64,000 bases of DNA from an uncultured Granulosicoccaceae bacterium (lineage in GTDB: Bacteria; Pseudomonadota; Gammaproteobacteria; Granulosicoccales; Granulosicoccaceae), in assembly GCA_937922945.1 (NCBI GenBank), contig CAKZUP010000003.1, forward strand, positions 6,498 to 70,497. The letters run 5' to 3'. The notes under the pieces are model-generated. The model searched no databases, was not told the DNA's origin, and saw only the letters and a list, made by a program, of their open reading frames with translations. Every line of letters starts with the position of its first letter. Within the stretch, counting starts at the first letter, position 1. Shown piece by piece: positions 36,720 through 47,316 of the stretch. A program made the translations under genes and the position numbers.

Positions 36720-36808
36720 GTAGTACCATCAAGGTAGTACCATCAAGGTAGTACTAACAAAGCTGTACTGACAAAATGGGTACTGACAAAATGGTACTGA
36801 CAAAAAAG
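36720..36808. repeat. six-unit tandem array, period 14-15 bp, every unit carrying GTAC (2 x GTAGTACCATCAAG, 1 x GTAGTACTAACAAAGCT, 3 x GTACTGACAAAA(T/A)(G/A)G)
   Basis: Read directly from the sequence. GTAC starts at 36723, 36737, 36751, 36765, 36780 and 36794. The array lies in a 386-bp intergenic region upstream of the dienelactone hydrolase gene. Confidence 0.9.
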
Positions 36809-36979
36809 TTCAATAATATGCTGATAATTTATTCAGCCCTGGCTACTATCGCTCCCGCAGAACTAATCTGCCGTAACGGTTGATTCGTACCATACTTTTT
36901 TTCATATTGAGCGGCGCAGTCAACACAAACACAGCTCACGGCTGTATGACACTTACAAAGCAAAACGACGGAGGGTCCG

Positions 36980-37903
36980 ATGTCTCAAGTAGCAAACACA
37001 GAAACCACACATGAAGTCGACAGTGAAGATCTGGTTATAGATCAGCAGGTATACGATCTGTATGACCAATACTGCCATGGCTTTATAAGCCGTCGCGACT
37101 TTCTCAAGCGCTGCAGTGCGATAACTATCGCAGGCGTATCAGGCCTGACCATGGCCCAGGCGCTTTTTCCAAACTACGCACAAGCACAAACCATCTCCTT
37201 CACCGACGAACGCATGAAAGGAACGTATGTCACGTATCCTTCACCTGGTGGCAACTCCGGAGAAATGCGCGGGTATTTGGCCACACCATCTACAGATGGC
37301 CCGCACCCAGCCGTTCTCGTTGTGCACGAGAATCGCGGTTTGAACCCATACATCGAAGATGTTGCAAGACGCTTGGCAGTTGAAGGTTTTCTTGCACTTG
37401 CACCCGATGCACTACATCCTGTTGGCGGCTATCCCGGCAATGATGACGATGGCCGTGCATTGCAAAAAGAACTCGACCGATCAAAAATCATGATCGATAT
37501 GGCAAACAGTGCTGAATTCGTAAAAGCGCACGAGTCTTCAACCGGCAAACTGGGTTCAGTCGGCTTTTGTTTTGGCGGTGGTGTCGTCAACTTCCTCGCC
37601 ACTAAAATGGGCGATGGTATTCACGCTGGTGTTCCATTCTACGGCAGTGCGCCGCCAGCAGAAAACGTTGCGTCAATACAATCACCCTTAATGATTCAGG
37701 CGGCCGAAAAAGATGATCGCATCAATGCTCAGTGGCCTGATTTTGAAGCCGCGTTAAAAGCCAATAATGTTGATTATGTACGCCACTTGTACCCTGAAAC
37801 AGGCCATGGTTTCCACAATAATTCAACAAAACGGTACAACGAAGAGGCCGCAGACCTCGCTTGGGAACGTACCGTCACGTTCTTCAAACAACACCTGGCC
37901 TAA
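36980..37903 (+). CDS. dienelactone hydrolase-family protein with Tat signal peptide
   Basis: The twin-arginine leader is SRRDFLKRCSAITIAGVSGLTMAQA. DLH motifs follow (VVHENRGLNPYIEDVARR, GFCFGGG, GHGF). GGAGGG lies upstream of the ATG. Confidence 0.85.
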   Translation: MSQVANTETTHEVDSEDLVIDQQVYDLYDQYCHGFISRRDFLKRCSAITIAGVSGLTMAQALFPNYAQAQTISFTDERMKGTYVTYPSPGGNSGEMRGYLATPSTDGPHPAVLVVHENRGLNPYIEDVARRLAVEGFLALAPDALHPVGGYPGNDDDGRALQKELDRSKIMIDMANSAEFVKAHESSTGKLGSVGFCFGGGVVNFLATKMGDGIHAGVPFYGSAPPAENVASIQSPLMIQAAEKDDRINAQWPDFEAALKANNVDYVRHLYPETGHGFHNNSTKRYNEEAADLAWERTVTFFKQHLA

Positions 37904-37917
37904 GAAAACCTGCAAAC

Positions 37918-37948
37918 TATACCGGTGGGCAGCGCGCCCACCGGTATA
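37918..37948 (+). terminator. 13-bp perfect-stem hairpin downstream of the DLH gene (no U-tract)
   Basis: TATACCGGTGGGC-AGCGC-GCCCACCGGTATA lies 15 nt after the stop codon. Confidence 0.5.
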
Positions 37949-38346
37949 CATGACTAACCGGGTTACCTGTACAAAGCCAGCGACCGCACGGTGGCTGGCA
38001 ACCCGCATTCAAGCGAATAACATCCACTGTACTGGCTCACTCGCTGTTCGATCACACTCGATACACCGCACGAACACACCCAAACCGCCATTCAAGCGGA
38101 ATAGGTCTTTGCCGATATTAATTTCATTGGGCGTAACATTAGAGGCTATAATTCCCCGTTACGTAGACGTACAGCTAGTTCTATCATCATCGCTTGCACG
38201 ACTCCTCGCCTAACAGCAATCTCGCCTATCACCAATGAAGATGAGTACCTTGACTATCCACTTATACCGGCTTGTCAAAAGCCCAAGCTTTCGACGTCAT
38301 TTGTTCCTGCTATCGCTATCGGGCAAATCTTCAACGGAGCAAACTA

Positions 38347-39837
38347 ATGCGAGCTGACACTCTGGCGCAACTGCGCATCGATTGGCTCGGCAACATACGA
38401 GCTGACGTTCTGGCAGGTCTGGTTGTCGCACTGGCCCTTATTCCCGAAGCGATTGCCTTTTCGATTATCGCCGGTGTGGACCCGAAAGTCGGTCTGTATG
38501 CATCGTTCTCCATAGCCGTTATTGTTGCCATCACAGGCGGACGGCCAGGCATGATCTCAGCGGCCACGGCCGCCACCGCTGTGTTAATGGTCACACTGGT
38601 TAAAGAACACGGCTTGCAATATTTACTGGCCGCAACGGTTGTTGCCGGTCTCCTGCAAATTCTGGCAGGACTGTTCAAATTGGGATTTGTCATGCGCTTT
38701 GTGTCGCGCTCGGTGATGACAGGTTTTGTTAACGCGCTGGCGATACTCATTTTCATGGCGCAGCTACCGGAGCTCATAAACGTTCCACCGCTGACTTATG
38801 TGATGATTGCAGCAGGGCTCGGCATTATCTATCTGCTGCCAAGAGTAACCAGCGCCGTGCCCAGTCCGTTAGTGTGCATCGTTGTGCTAACGGCCATCTC
38901 TATACTCATGGGGTTAGACCTGCGCACCGTCGGCGATATGGGTGAGCTGCCTTCGACCTTGCCGATTTTCCTGTTACCGGATATTCCATTAACACTGGAA
39001 ACACTGCAGATTATCCTGCCCTATTCGGCCGCTGTTGCCGCTGTCGGTTTGTTGGAATCATTAATGACAGCTTCCATTGTTGATGAACTCACCGATACGC
39101 GCAGTGACAAGAATCGTGAGTGCATTGGTCAGGGTATTGCCAATACTGCAACTGGTTTTATTGGTGGCATGGCAGGTTGCGCGATGATCGGTCAATCCAT
39201 TATTAACGTTAAGTCTGGTGGGCGTGGACGACTATCCACATTCTGTGCGGGTATTTTTCTCTTGCTCATGATCGTTTTCCTTGGCGACTGGGTTAAGCAG
39301 ATACCCATGGCCGCGTTGGTGGCCATCATGATCATGGTATCAATCGGAACCTTTAGTTGGTCCTCGATTCGTCACCTTAAAGAACACCCCCGAAGCTCAT
39401 CGGTTGTTATGTTGGCAACGGTCATCGTGGTTGTAGCAACTCACAATCTTGCCATTGGCGTTTTGGTTGGCGTACTGTTCTCCGGCATTTTCTTCGCGTA
39501 TAAAATTGCGCAATTATTTAGGGTGACCTCCACCGCGAATGCAGCCGGTACCGAGCGTACCTACAATATCGAAGGGCAACTATTCTTTGCCTCAGTAGAG
39601 GACTTCAATGCCTCCTTCGACTTCAAGGAATCGCTCGATAAAGTGGTGATTGATGTAAGTCAAGCACATATATGGGATATCTCGAGTGTTGCAGCACTCG
39701 ACATGGTAGTGTTGAAGTTTAGACGCGAAGGCGCTGAGGTCGACATTATCGGCTTGAACAAAGCCAGTGAAACCATTGTTGATAAACTGGGCGTCTACGA
39801 TAAGCCTGGCGCACTTGAGCGCATGCTGGATCATTAA
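38347..39837 (+). CDS. SulP-family anion transporter with C-terminal STAS domain
   Basis: It has a multi-TM core ([17 protein letters not shown]...) and a C-terminal STAS domain ([15 protein letters not shown]...[20 protein letters not shown]). The ATG at 38347 is preferred to the TTG at 38272. Confidence 0.9.
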   Translation: MRADTLAQLRIDWLGNIRADVLAGLVVALALIPEAIAFSIIAGVDPKVGLYASFSIAVIVAITGGRPGMISAATAATAVLMVTLVKEHGLQYLLAATVVAGLLQILAGLFKLGFVMRFVSRSVMTGFVNALAILIFMAQLPELINVPPLTYVMIAAGLGIIYLLPRVTSAVPSPLVCIVVLTAISILMGLDLRTVGDMGELPSTLPIFLLPDIPLTLETLQIILPYSAAVAAVGLLESLMTASIVDELTDTRSDKNRECIGQGIANTATGFIGGMAGCAMIGQSIINVKSGGRGRLSTFCAGIFLLLMIVFLGDWVKQIPMAALVAIMIMVSIGTFSWSSIRHLKEHPRSSSVVMLATVIVVVATHNLAIGVLVGVLFSGIFFAYKIAQLFRVTSTANAAGTERTYNIEGQLFFASVEDFNASFDFKESLDKVVIDVSQAHIWDISSVAALDMVVLKFRREGAEVDIIGLNKASETIVDKLGVYDKPGALERMLDH

Positions 39838-39839
39838 TC

Positions 39840-40694
39840 ATGGAAAAAATTGTTGCTCTAGTTGATAGCTCCCGCTATTCAGAAAGCGTTTGCGACCATG
39901 CGGCCTGGTTTGCCAGCGCTCATGGTGCGTCTTTAACGCTACTGCATATTGTTGGCAGAAGAGAAAGTGGCACTGAAGAGGCGGATTTAAGCGGCAGCAT
40001 TGGCCTGGGTGCACGCACAGCATTGTTAGAAGAATTGGCCGAACTCGATGGACAACGAGCACGCTTCGCCATCAAAAAAGGCCGTGCTCTCTTAGAAGAT
40101 GCTCAAAATCGGTCGGAAAAAGCTGGTGCCAATCAGGTAACAACCTCGCTTCGCAACGGCGAACTTATCGAAACCATTAACGAAATGGAATCGTCACTCG
40201 ACCTTATCGTTATTGGTAAGCGCGGTGTTGCTTCAAAATACGATATGGAGCACGTCGGTTCAAACCTTGAACGGGTGGCGCGCTCAACCAAAAAACCCGT
40301 GTTAGTCGCGTCCCGTGAGTTTGCACCCATCAAGAAAATTCTTATCGCATTCGACGGCGGCATAAGTGCAAAAAAAGCGGTACAACATGTTGCAGAAAAT
40401 GCCATTTTTAAAGGCATGGAATGCTTGTTATTGCATGCCGGCCCAGATTCATGGTCTGGCAACGAACAGCTGGAAGATTCTGCCAAGCTTTTACAAAATG
40501 CCGGTTTACAATGCGAAACCAAAACCATCGCCGGACAGGCCGAGGCGGTTATTTCTCAAACAGTGGAAGCAGATGGGTTTGATATGTTGGTGATGGGTGC
40601 TTACGGACACTCACGAATCAGAAATTTAATTATTGGTTCTACCACCACACAAATGCTCTCTTCCTGCAAGGTGCCAGTGCTACTGTTCCGCTAA
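39840..40694 (+). CDS. universal stress protein, tandem USP domains (UspE-like)
   Basis: Two USP repeats are present (DLIVIGKRG... and MLVMGAYGHSRIRNLIIGSTT...CKVPVLLF). It starts 2 nt after the SulP stop. Confidence 0.85.
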   Translation: MEKIVALVDSSRYSESVCDHAAWFASAHGASLTLLHIVGRRESGTEEADLSGSIGLGARTALLEELAELDGQRARFAIKKGRALLEDAQNRSEKAGANQVTTSLRNGELIETINEMESSLDLIVIGKRGVASKYDMEHVGSNLERVARSTKKPVLVASREFAPIKKILIAFDGGISAKKAVQHVAENAIFKGMECLLLHAGPDSWSGNEQLEDSAKLLQNAGLQCETKTIAGQAEAVISQTVEADGFDMLVMGAYGHSRIRNLIIGSTTTQMLSSCKVPVLLFR

Positions 40695-40749
40695 AGATTC
40701 CGGCATTCACGTAGCAAGCTGGTATGGCGCTTACGGTACAATTTTAATA

Positions 40750-41664
40750 ATGCCAAATTTTATGCGCCCGTTTATCCCAGTGCTTTTCGTCCTGCTATGG
40801 AGCACCGGATTCATAATGGCTCGCATGGGCATGGATACAGCCGACCCGGCGAGCTTCCTGTCAATACGTTTTGCACTAGCAGCCGTTGCGCTGATCGTTA
40901 TCGCGCTTCTGGTCCCATCACTGGCTACCCCGTCGCTTCAAAAACTAAAAGCCGATTGGAAACAGCTGGCACATGCAGCCGTTGCCGGAGTGCTGTTGCA
41001 AGCGATTTACTTAGGCGGTGTATTTGCCGGAGTAAACCAGGGTATAGGCGCCGGACTCTCATCACTGATTGTGGGTATACAACCCGTTCTAACCGTTGTG
41101 TTAGCAGCACTATGGCTAAAAGAGAAATTAAGCTGGGCAAAATTTATCGGCATTGCCCTGGGTTTTGCAGGCGTTGCACTGGTTACGGCAGAATGGGGCC
41201 ATGTGGAAGGTGCAGTACCGGTTAGCGGCGTGCTTTTTTGTTTAGCCGCCCTGCTTGGCATCACTATAGGTACTTTGTATCAAAAGCGTTATTGCCAAAC
41301 ACTCGATTTGCACCTGAACATGATCATGCAATACGTTGCCAGTGTTTTGTTCTTGCTACCGCTCGCACTTGCTTTTGAATCATTTAACATCGACTGGACG
41401 CCAAAGCTCGTTGCTGTATTAGTCTGGCTGGTGTTCGTGCTCTCTATCGGCGCTGTTTTTCTCCTGATGTGGTTAATAAAAGTTGGCGAAGCTGGTCGCG
41501 TCTCTACGTTGTTTTTTCTGGTGCCGCCGGTTGTTGCCATTGAAGCCTGGATACTGTTTGGTGAACCGCTTACTCTGAATGTTATTGTAGGAACATTGAT
41601 GTGCATATTGGGAGTCGCTATTGTTAGTGGTGTACTAAGCAAACACAGGAAACAACAAGCATAG
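40750..41664 (+). CDS. DMT/EamA-family transporter
   Basis: 10-TM profile in two EamA halves. The ATG at 40750 (MPNFMRPFIPVLFVLLWSTGF) is preferred, because the ORF-track start would overlap the USP gene. Confidence 0.8.
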   Translation: MPNFMRPFIPVLFVLLWSTGFIMARMGMDTADPASFLSIRFALAAVALIVIALLVPSLATPSLQKLKADWKQLAHAAVAGVLLQAIYLGGVFAGVNQGIGAGLSSLIVGIQPVLTVVLAALWLKEKLSWAKFIGIALGFAGVALVTAEWGHVEGAVPVSGVLFCLAALLGITIGTLYQKRYCQTLDLHLNMIMQYVASVLFLLPLALAFESFNIDWTPKLVAVLVWLVFVLSIGAVFLLMWLIKVGEAGRVSTLFFLVPPVVAIEAWILFGEPLTLNVIVGTLMCILGVAIVSGVLSKHRKQQA

Positions 41665-41712
41665 GAAATGCACAGTCACGAATATTTCGTTTACATCGAA
41701 TAAGGCGTCGAT

Positions 41713-42216
41713 ATGAATCAGACGGTTGTTAGAAACGCGGAAGAAAAAGACTTCAAGGCAATTGAAGCTATCTACGCAGAACAAGTGCTGCATGGTTTCG
41801 CAACGTTCGAAACAGTTCCTCCCAGCGCAGATGAACTAATGAATCGCTGGCACGCCATACTCGACAAAGGTTTACCGTACTTAATCGCCTCCATTAATGA
41901 TAACGTTGTTGGCTACGTATACGCCAGCCCCTACCGGGCAAGGCCTGCCTATCAATACTCCATAGAAAATTCAATTTACGTTAGCACCGATGCACGAGGA
42001 AAAGGTATCGGCAAGCTTCTTCTCAAAAATCTAATCGAACAGTGTGAAAAAGGTCCGTGGCGGCAAATGATTGGTATTGTCGGCGACTCTGAAAACAAAG
42101 CGTCTATTGCGTTACACGCATCTGCAGGGTTTGAGCATGTCGGTGTATTGAAGGCAGTAGGTTTTAAGTTCGATCGTTGGGTAGATACGGTGATAATGCA
42201 ACGCAGTATTGGCTAA
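41713..42216 (+). CDS. GNAT N-acetyltransferase (phosphinothricin-acetyltransferase-like)
   Basis: GFATFETVPPS, AYQYSIENSIYV and RGKGIGKLLL (acetyl-CoA loop) are present. 167 aa. Confidence 0.75.
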   Translation: MNQTVVRNAEEKDFKAIEAIYAEQVLHGFATFETVPPSADELMNRWHAILDKGLPYLIASINDNVVGYVYASPYRARPAYQYSIENSIYVSTDARGKGIGKLLLKNLIEQCEKGPWRQMIGIVGDSENKASIALHASAGFEHVGVLKAVGFKFDRWVDTVIMQRSIG

Positions 42217-42306
42217 TTGAGCGTGGTCTAAACAATCTGCGAAATCAGGTTTGCTTGCCAGCACCGGCTAACGCATAAGTTATTATCGTTATAGAACGAC
42301 ACACAT

Positions 42307-42347
42307 AAAAAAGGCCGCATAAGCTGAAACGCTTATGCGGCCTTTTT
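42307..42347. terminator. bidirectional rho-independent terminator
   Basis: AAAAAA-GGCCGCATAAGC-TGAAAC-GCTTATGCGGCC-TTTTT lies between convergent GNAT and sucD. Confidence 0.9.
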
Positions 42348-42391
42348 ATTGTTTAGACGCCAGAAGCACTGGCATCCAAGTCGCTTTTAAT

Positions 42392-43267
42392 TTATGACCA
42401 ACCGGTGGCTTCCTTCACTGCCAAACCAAGTTCTGCTGGAGAGCGCGTAATAGTCACACCAGCACTACCCAGTGCTGCAAACTTATCATCGGCTGTGCCT
42501 TTACCACCTGAAATTATCGCACCGGCATGCCCCATACGCTTTCCAGGAGGTGCGGTAACACCGGCAATATAGGCAGCAACCGGCTTGGTTACATTGGATT
42601 TTATAAATTCAGCCGCCTCTTCTTCAGCCGTACCTCCAATTTCACCTACCATAAGAATGGCTTCAGTTTGTGGATCGTCCTGGAACAACCCAAGTGCATC
42701 GATAAAGCTTGTACCCGGAATTGGGTCGCCGCCAATGCCAATACACGTACTTTGACCGTAATTTAAATCGGAAGTCTGTTTTACGCACTCATACGTTAAC
42801 GTACCAGATCGCGAGACAATACCGACCTTCCCTGCGTTGTGAATAGCACCCGGCATAATGCCGATTTTGCACTCACCTGGCGTGATAACACCCGGACAGT
42901 TAGGTCCAACAAGCCGCACTCCATTTTGTTCAACAGCGATTCGTGCCTCTAACATATCAAGCGTTGGAATACCTTCGGTGATACACACGATTAAGGACAC
43001 ACCCGATTCAGCCGCTTCGATTATGGAGTCTTTACAAAATGCGGCAGGGACATAAATAACCGATGCATCTGCTCCTGTTTGATCGACCGCATTTTTTACC
43101 GTATTGAATACGGGTAAGTCGAGATGTGTCGTACCACCTTTACCAGGCGTTACACCACCAACCATATTGGTACCATAAGCAATTGCCTGCTCACTATGAA
43201 ACGTACCCTGACTACCGGTTATACCCTGACACAGCACTTTGGTGTCTTTGTTAACTAGAACACTCAT
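42392..43267 (-). CDS. sucD: succinate--CoA ligase (ADP-forming) subunit alpha
   Basis: [24 protein letters not shown]..., SRSGTLTYE and the GHAGAI phosphohistidine loop. Confidence 0.97.
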   Translation of the reverse strand: MSVLVNKDTKVLCQGITGSQGTFHSEQAIAYGTNMVGGVTPGKGGTTHLDLPVFNTVKNAVDQTGADASVIYVPAAFCKDSIIEAAESGVSLIVCITEGIPTLDMLEARIAVEQNGVRLVGPNCPGVITPGECKIGIMPGAIHNAGKVGIVSRSGTLTYECVKQTSDLNYGQSTCIGIGGDPIPGTSFIDALGLFQDDPQTEAILMVGEIGGTAEEEAAEFIKSNVTKPVAAYIAGVTAPPGKRMGHAGAIISGGKGTADDKFAALGSAGVTITRSPAELGLAVKEATGWS

Positions 43268-44433
43268 GATGCTGCTCCTACGGTTTTAACAATTTTCTCC
43301 GCTGCATCGCCAAGATCACTGGCCGACTGCAAATTTAACCCACTTTTATCAAGTAACTCACGACCTTCTTTAGCTTTGGTGCCCTCGAGTCGAACAACCA
43401 CAGGCACTTCGATTCCGACTTCGCCCACCGCTGCAATGATGCCGTCTGCGATAAGGTCGCAACGCACAATTCCGCCGAAGATATTAACCAGTATGCCTTT
43501 CACATCCGGGTCGGATAAGATAATTTTCAATGCTTCGGCAACGCGCTCCTTGGTAGCACCGCCCCCTACGTCCAGAAAGTTCGCAGGCTGCCCGCCTTTG
43601 AGTTTAATTATATCCATGGTTGCCATCGCCAAACCCGCACCATTGACCATGCAACCAATATTGCCTTCTAGCGCAACGTAGTTTAAGTCCCATTCAGACG
43701 CACGCAGTTCACGCTCGTCTTCCTGACTTTTATCGCGCAGCTCTTCAAGATCAGGATGACGGTATAACGCATTGCCATCGATGTTGATTTTGCCGTCCAG
43801 GCAGATAAGATCTTCTTCTTTGGTGATAACCAGAGGGTTAATTTCAACCAGCGCTAGATCTTTTTCTACAAACAACTTACACAAGCCTGTGAGTAGCGAA
43901 CCAAATTGCTTTATTTGCTTACCTTTTAAACCAAGACCGAAAGCCAGTTCGCGACACTGATAAGGCATAACACCCACTAGTGGGTTTAATTCAGCTTTAA
44001 GAATTTTTTCAGGCGTTTCATGCGCAACCGTTTCGATATCCATACCGCCTTCTGTGGATGCCATGATCACAACACGCTGGCTGGCCCGATCGATAACCAT
44101 ACCGAGGTAAAGCTCGCTTTCGATATTGCTGGTTTCTTCTATAAGAACGGTATTGATTGGTTGGCCACCAGCATCTGTCTGGATAGTGACAAGGTTTGTG
44201 CCTAGCAATGATTTGGCAAACTCCGCTGCCTCCGCTGGCGTATCAACCAGCTTTACACCGCCCGCTTTTCCGCGACCACCAGCATGTACTTGAGCCTTAA
44301 CGACAACCTTCTGCGTCGCAAGCGACTCCGCACCCGCTTTGGCTTCTTCCGGAGTGGCTGCCACCATATTATTCGGAACCGGCATTCCGTATTGTGCGAA
44401 TAAGGCTTTCGCCTGGTATTCATGTAGATTCAT
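43264..44433 (-). CDS. sucC: succinate--CoA ligase (ADP-forming) subunit beta
   Basis: [12 protein letters not shown]..., the ATP-grasp motifs and [15 protein letters not shown]. It has a 4-nt overlap with sucD. Confidence 0.97.
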   Translation of the reverse strand: MNLHEYQAKALFAQYGMPVPNNMVAATPEEAKAGAESLATQKVVVKAQVHAGGRGKAGGVKLVDTPAEAAEFAKSLLGTNLVTIQTDAGGQPINTVLIEETSNIESELYLGMVIDRASQRVVIMASTEGGMDIETVAHETPEKILKAELNPLVGVMPYQCRELAFGLGLKGKQIKQFGSLLTGLCKLFVEKDLALVEINPLVITKEEDLICLDGKINIDGNALYRHPDLEELRDKSQEDERELRASEWDLNYVALEGNIGCMVNGAGLAMATMDIIKLKGGQPANFLDVGGGATKERVAEALKIILSDPDVKGILVNIFGGIVRCDLIADGIIAAVGEVGIEVPVVVRLEGTKAKEGRELLDKSGLNLQSASDLGDAAEKIVKTVGAAS

Positions 44434-44493
44434 GCATCCCCCAACAGGAAATTAGATAGTCAATTTAAGATTAATGCTTAGTGTCAGTATCAT

Positions 44494-45948
<1,455 letters not shown>

Positions 45949-45956
45949 TTATGAAC

Positions 45957-45978
45957 AAGGCCAGTTGACTGGCCTTGA
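45957..45978. other. intra-operon hairpin between sucB and lpdA (CAAGGCCAG-TTGA-CTGGCCTTG)
   Basis: 9-bp perfect stem read directly from the sequence, in the 98-bp sucB-lpdA spacer. Confidence 0.6.
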
Positions 45979-46031
45979 GTACTTCCAAAGAATTGATTGC
46001 TGCGTGTACAACGCAGAATAACTGCAGCAAA

Positions 46032-47261
46032 TTACAGATCGAGTACCAGACGCTGCGGATCTTCAACCAATTCCTTTATCGTTTTCAGAAATCCAACCGC
46101 GCCTTTGCCGTCGACAATCCGATGATCGTAAGACAGTGCTACATACATCATGGGTCGAATAACCACTTCACCGTTTTCTGCAATCGGGCGTGCCTGAGTG
46201 GCATGCATGCCAAGAATTGCACTCTGGGGTGGATTAAGAATTGGCGTAGATAGAAGAGAGCCAAACACACCACCATTCGATACGGTGAATGTCCCGCCTG
46301 TCATCTCTTCAATCGATAATTTACCATCGCGCGCCTTGGTAGCATAATCTGCAATGGCAGTTTCAATATTAGCCAGAGACATAAATTCCGTGTTGCGTAC
46401 AACCGGTACAACCAACCCGCGCTCAGAAGACACCGCAACACCAATATCACAATAACTGTGGTACACGATATCGTCGCCATCGATCGATGCGTTAACATCC
46501 GGATAACGTTTCAGCGCTTCGGTTGCTGCCTTGAGAAAAATAGACATAAAACCAAGCTTGATGCCATGCGATTTCTCGAACTGATCTTTGTATTGCTTAC
46601 GCATTTCAATAAACGCATGCATGTTCACTTCGTTAAACGTGGTGAGCATGGCGGTGTTTTGCGTTGCATCCAGCAAGCGTTCAGCAATGCGCGCGCGCAA
46701 TCGTGACATTGGTACACGTCGCTCTTCACGCTCACCCGCTACGGGCATTGGCGCAGCTTGGGCTGTCGCCGCAGAAGCTACCGGTGCGGAACCGCCAGAC
46801 TTCGCTGCCGCAACGTGTTGCTCAACATCTTCTTTACTGATACGTCCGTTCTTGCCTGAGCCTTTTACATCGCCTGCGCTTAAACCGTGTTGCGCCAGAA
46901 GCTTACGTACCGACGGACTGGTTTGGCCATCACCGCTATCTTCTTCATCTTGTGAAGCAGTGGACGCTGAAGCTGTGCTCGATTCAGCCGATGGCGCTGC
47001 AGGAGCAGCCGCACTGGCCGCACTACCGGCTTCTATACTACCGATAACCTGATGAGCAGTTACCGTTGTACCTTCTGGTTCAATTATTTTCCCCAGCACA
47101 CCATCTTCGGCGGCGGGTACTTCCATGACAACCTTATCGGTTTCAATATCCACCAGCACTTCATCGCGTTTTACCGGGTCGCCTTCGGCTTTGTGCCAAG
47201 TAACAATAAGCGCATCGGCTATCGATTCAGGCAGAGTTGGGACTTTGATTTCACTGCTCAT
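46032..47261 (-). CDS. sucB: dihydrolipoyllysine-residue succinyltransferase (E2 of 2-oxoglutarate dehydrogenase)
   Basis: Lipoyl domain ([10 protein letters not shown]), Ala/Pro-rich linker, E3-binding region and catalytic [10 protein letters not shown]. Confidence 0.97.
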   Translation of the reverse strand: MSSEIKVPTLPESIADALIVTWHKAEGDPVKRDEVLVDIETDKVVMEVPAAEDGVLGKIIEPEGTTVTAHQVIGSIEAGSAASAAAPAAPSAESSTASASTASQDEEDSGDGQTSPSVRKLLAQHGLSAGDVKGSGKNGRISKEDVEQHVAAAKSGGSAPVASAATAQAAPMPVAGEREERRVPMSRLRARIAERLLDATQNTAMLTTFNEVNMHAFIEMRKQYKDQFEKSHGIKLGFMSIFLKAATEALKRYPDVNASIDGDDIVYHSYCDIGVAVSSERGLVVPVVRNTEFMSLANIETAIADYATKARDGKLSIEEMTGGTFTVSNGGVFGSLLSTPILNPPQSAILGMHATQARPIAENGEVVIRPMMYVALSYDHRIVDGKGAVGFLKTIKELVEDPQRLVLDL

Positions 47262-47316
47262 GTGTGTGATCCAGATAAGTTAGGTCAATTTTATTGTAAA
47301 TGGTTGAGAAAACAGC

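Noticed and set aside
36720-36808. Possible CRISPR array.
   Set aside because: The repeat period is only 14-15 bp with no unique spacers between units, and no cas genes occur anywhere in the window.
37767-38213. 148-aa ORF spanning the DLH 3' end and the following intergenic region.
   Set aside because: It overlaps the well-supported DLH gene out of frame. It runs across the strong terminator-like hairpin at 37918-37948. It has Arg/Thr/Pro-rich, non-protein-like composition.
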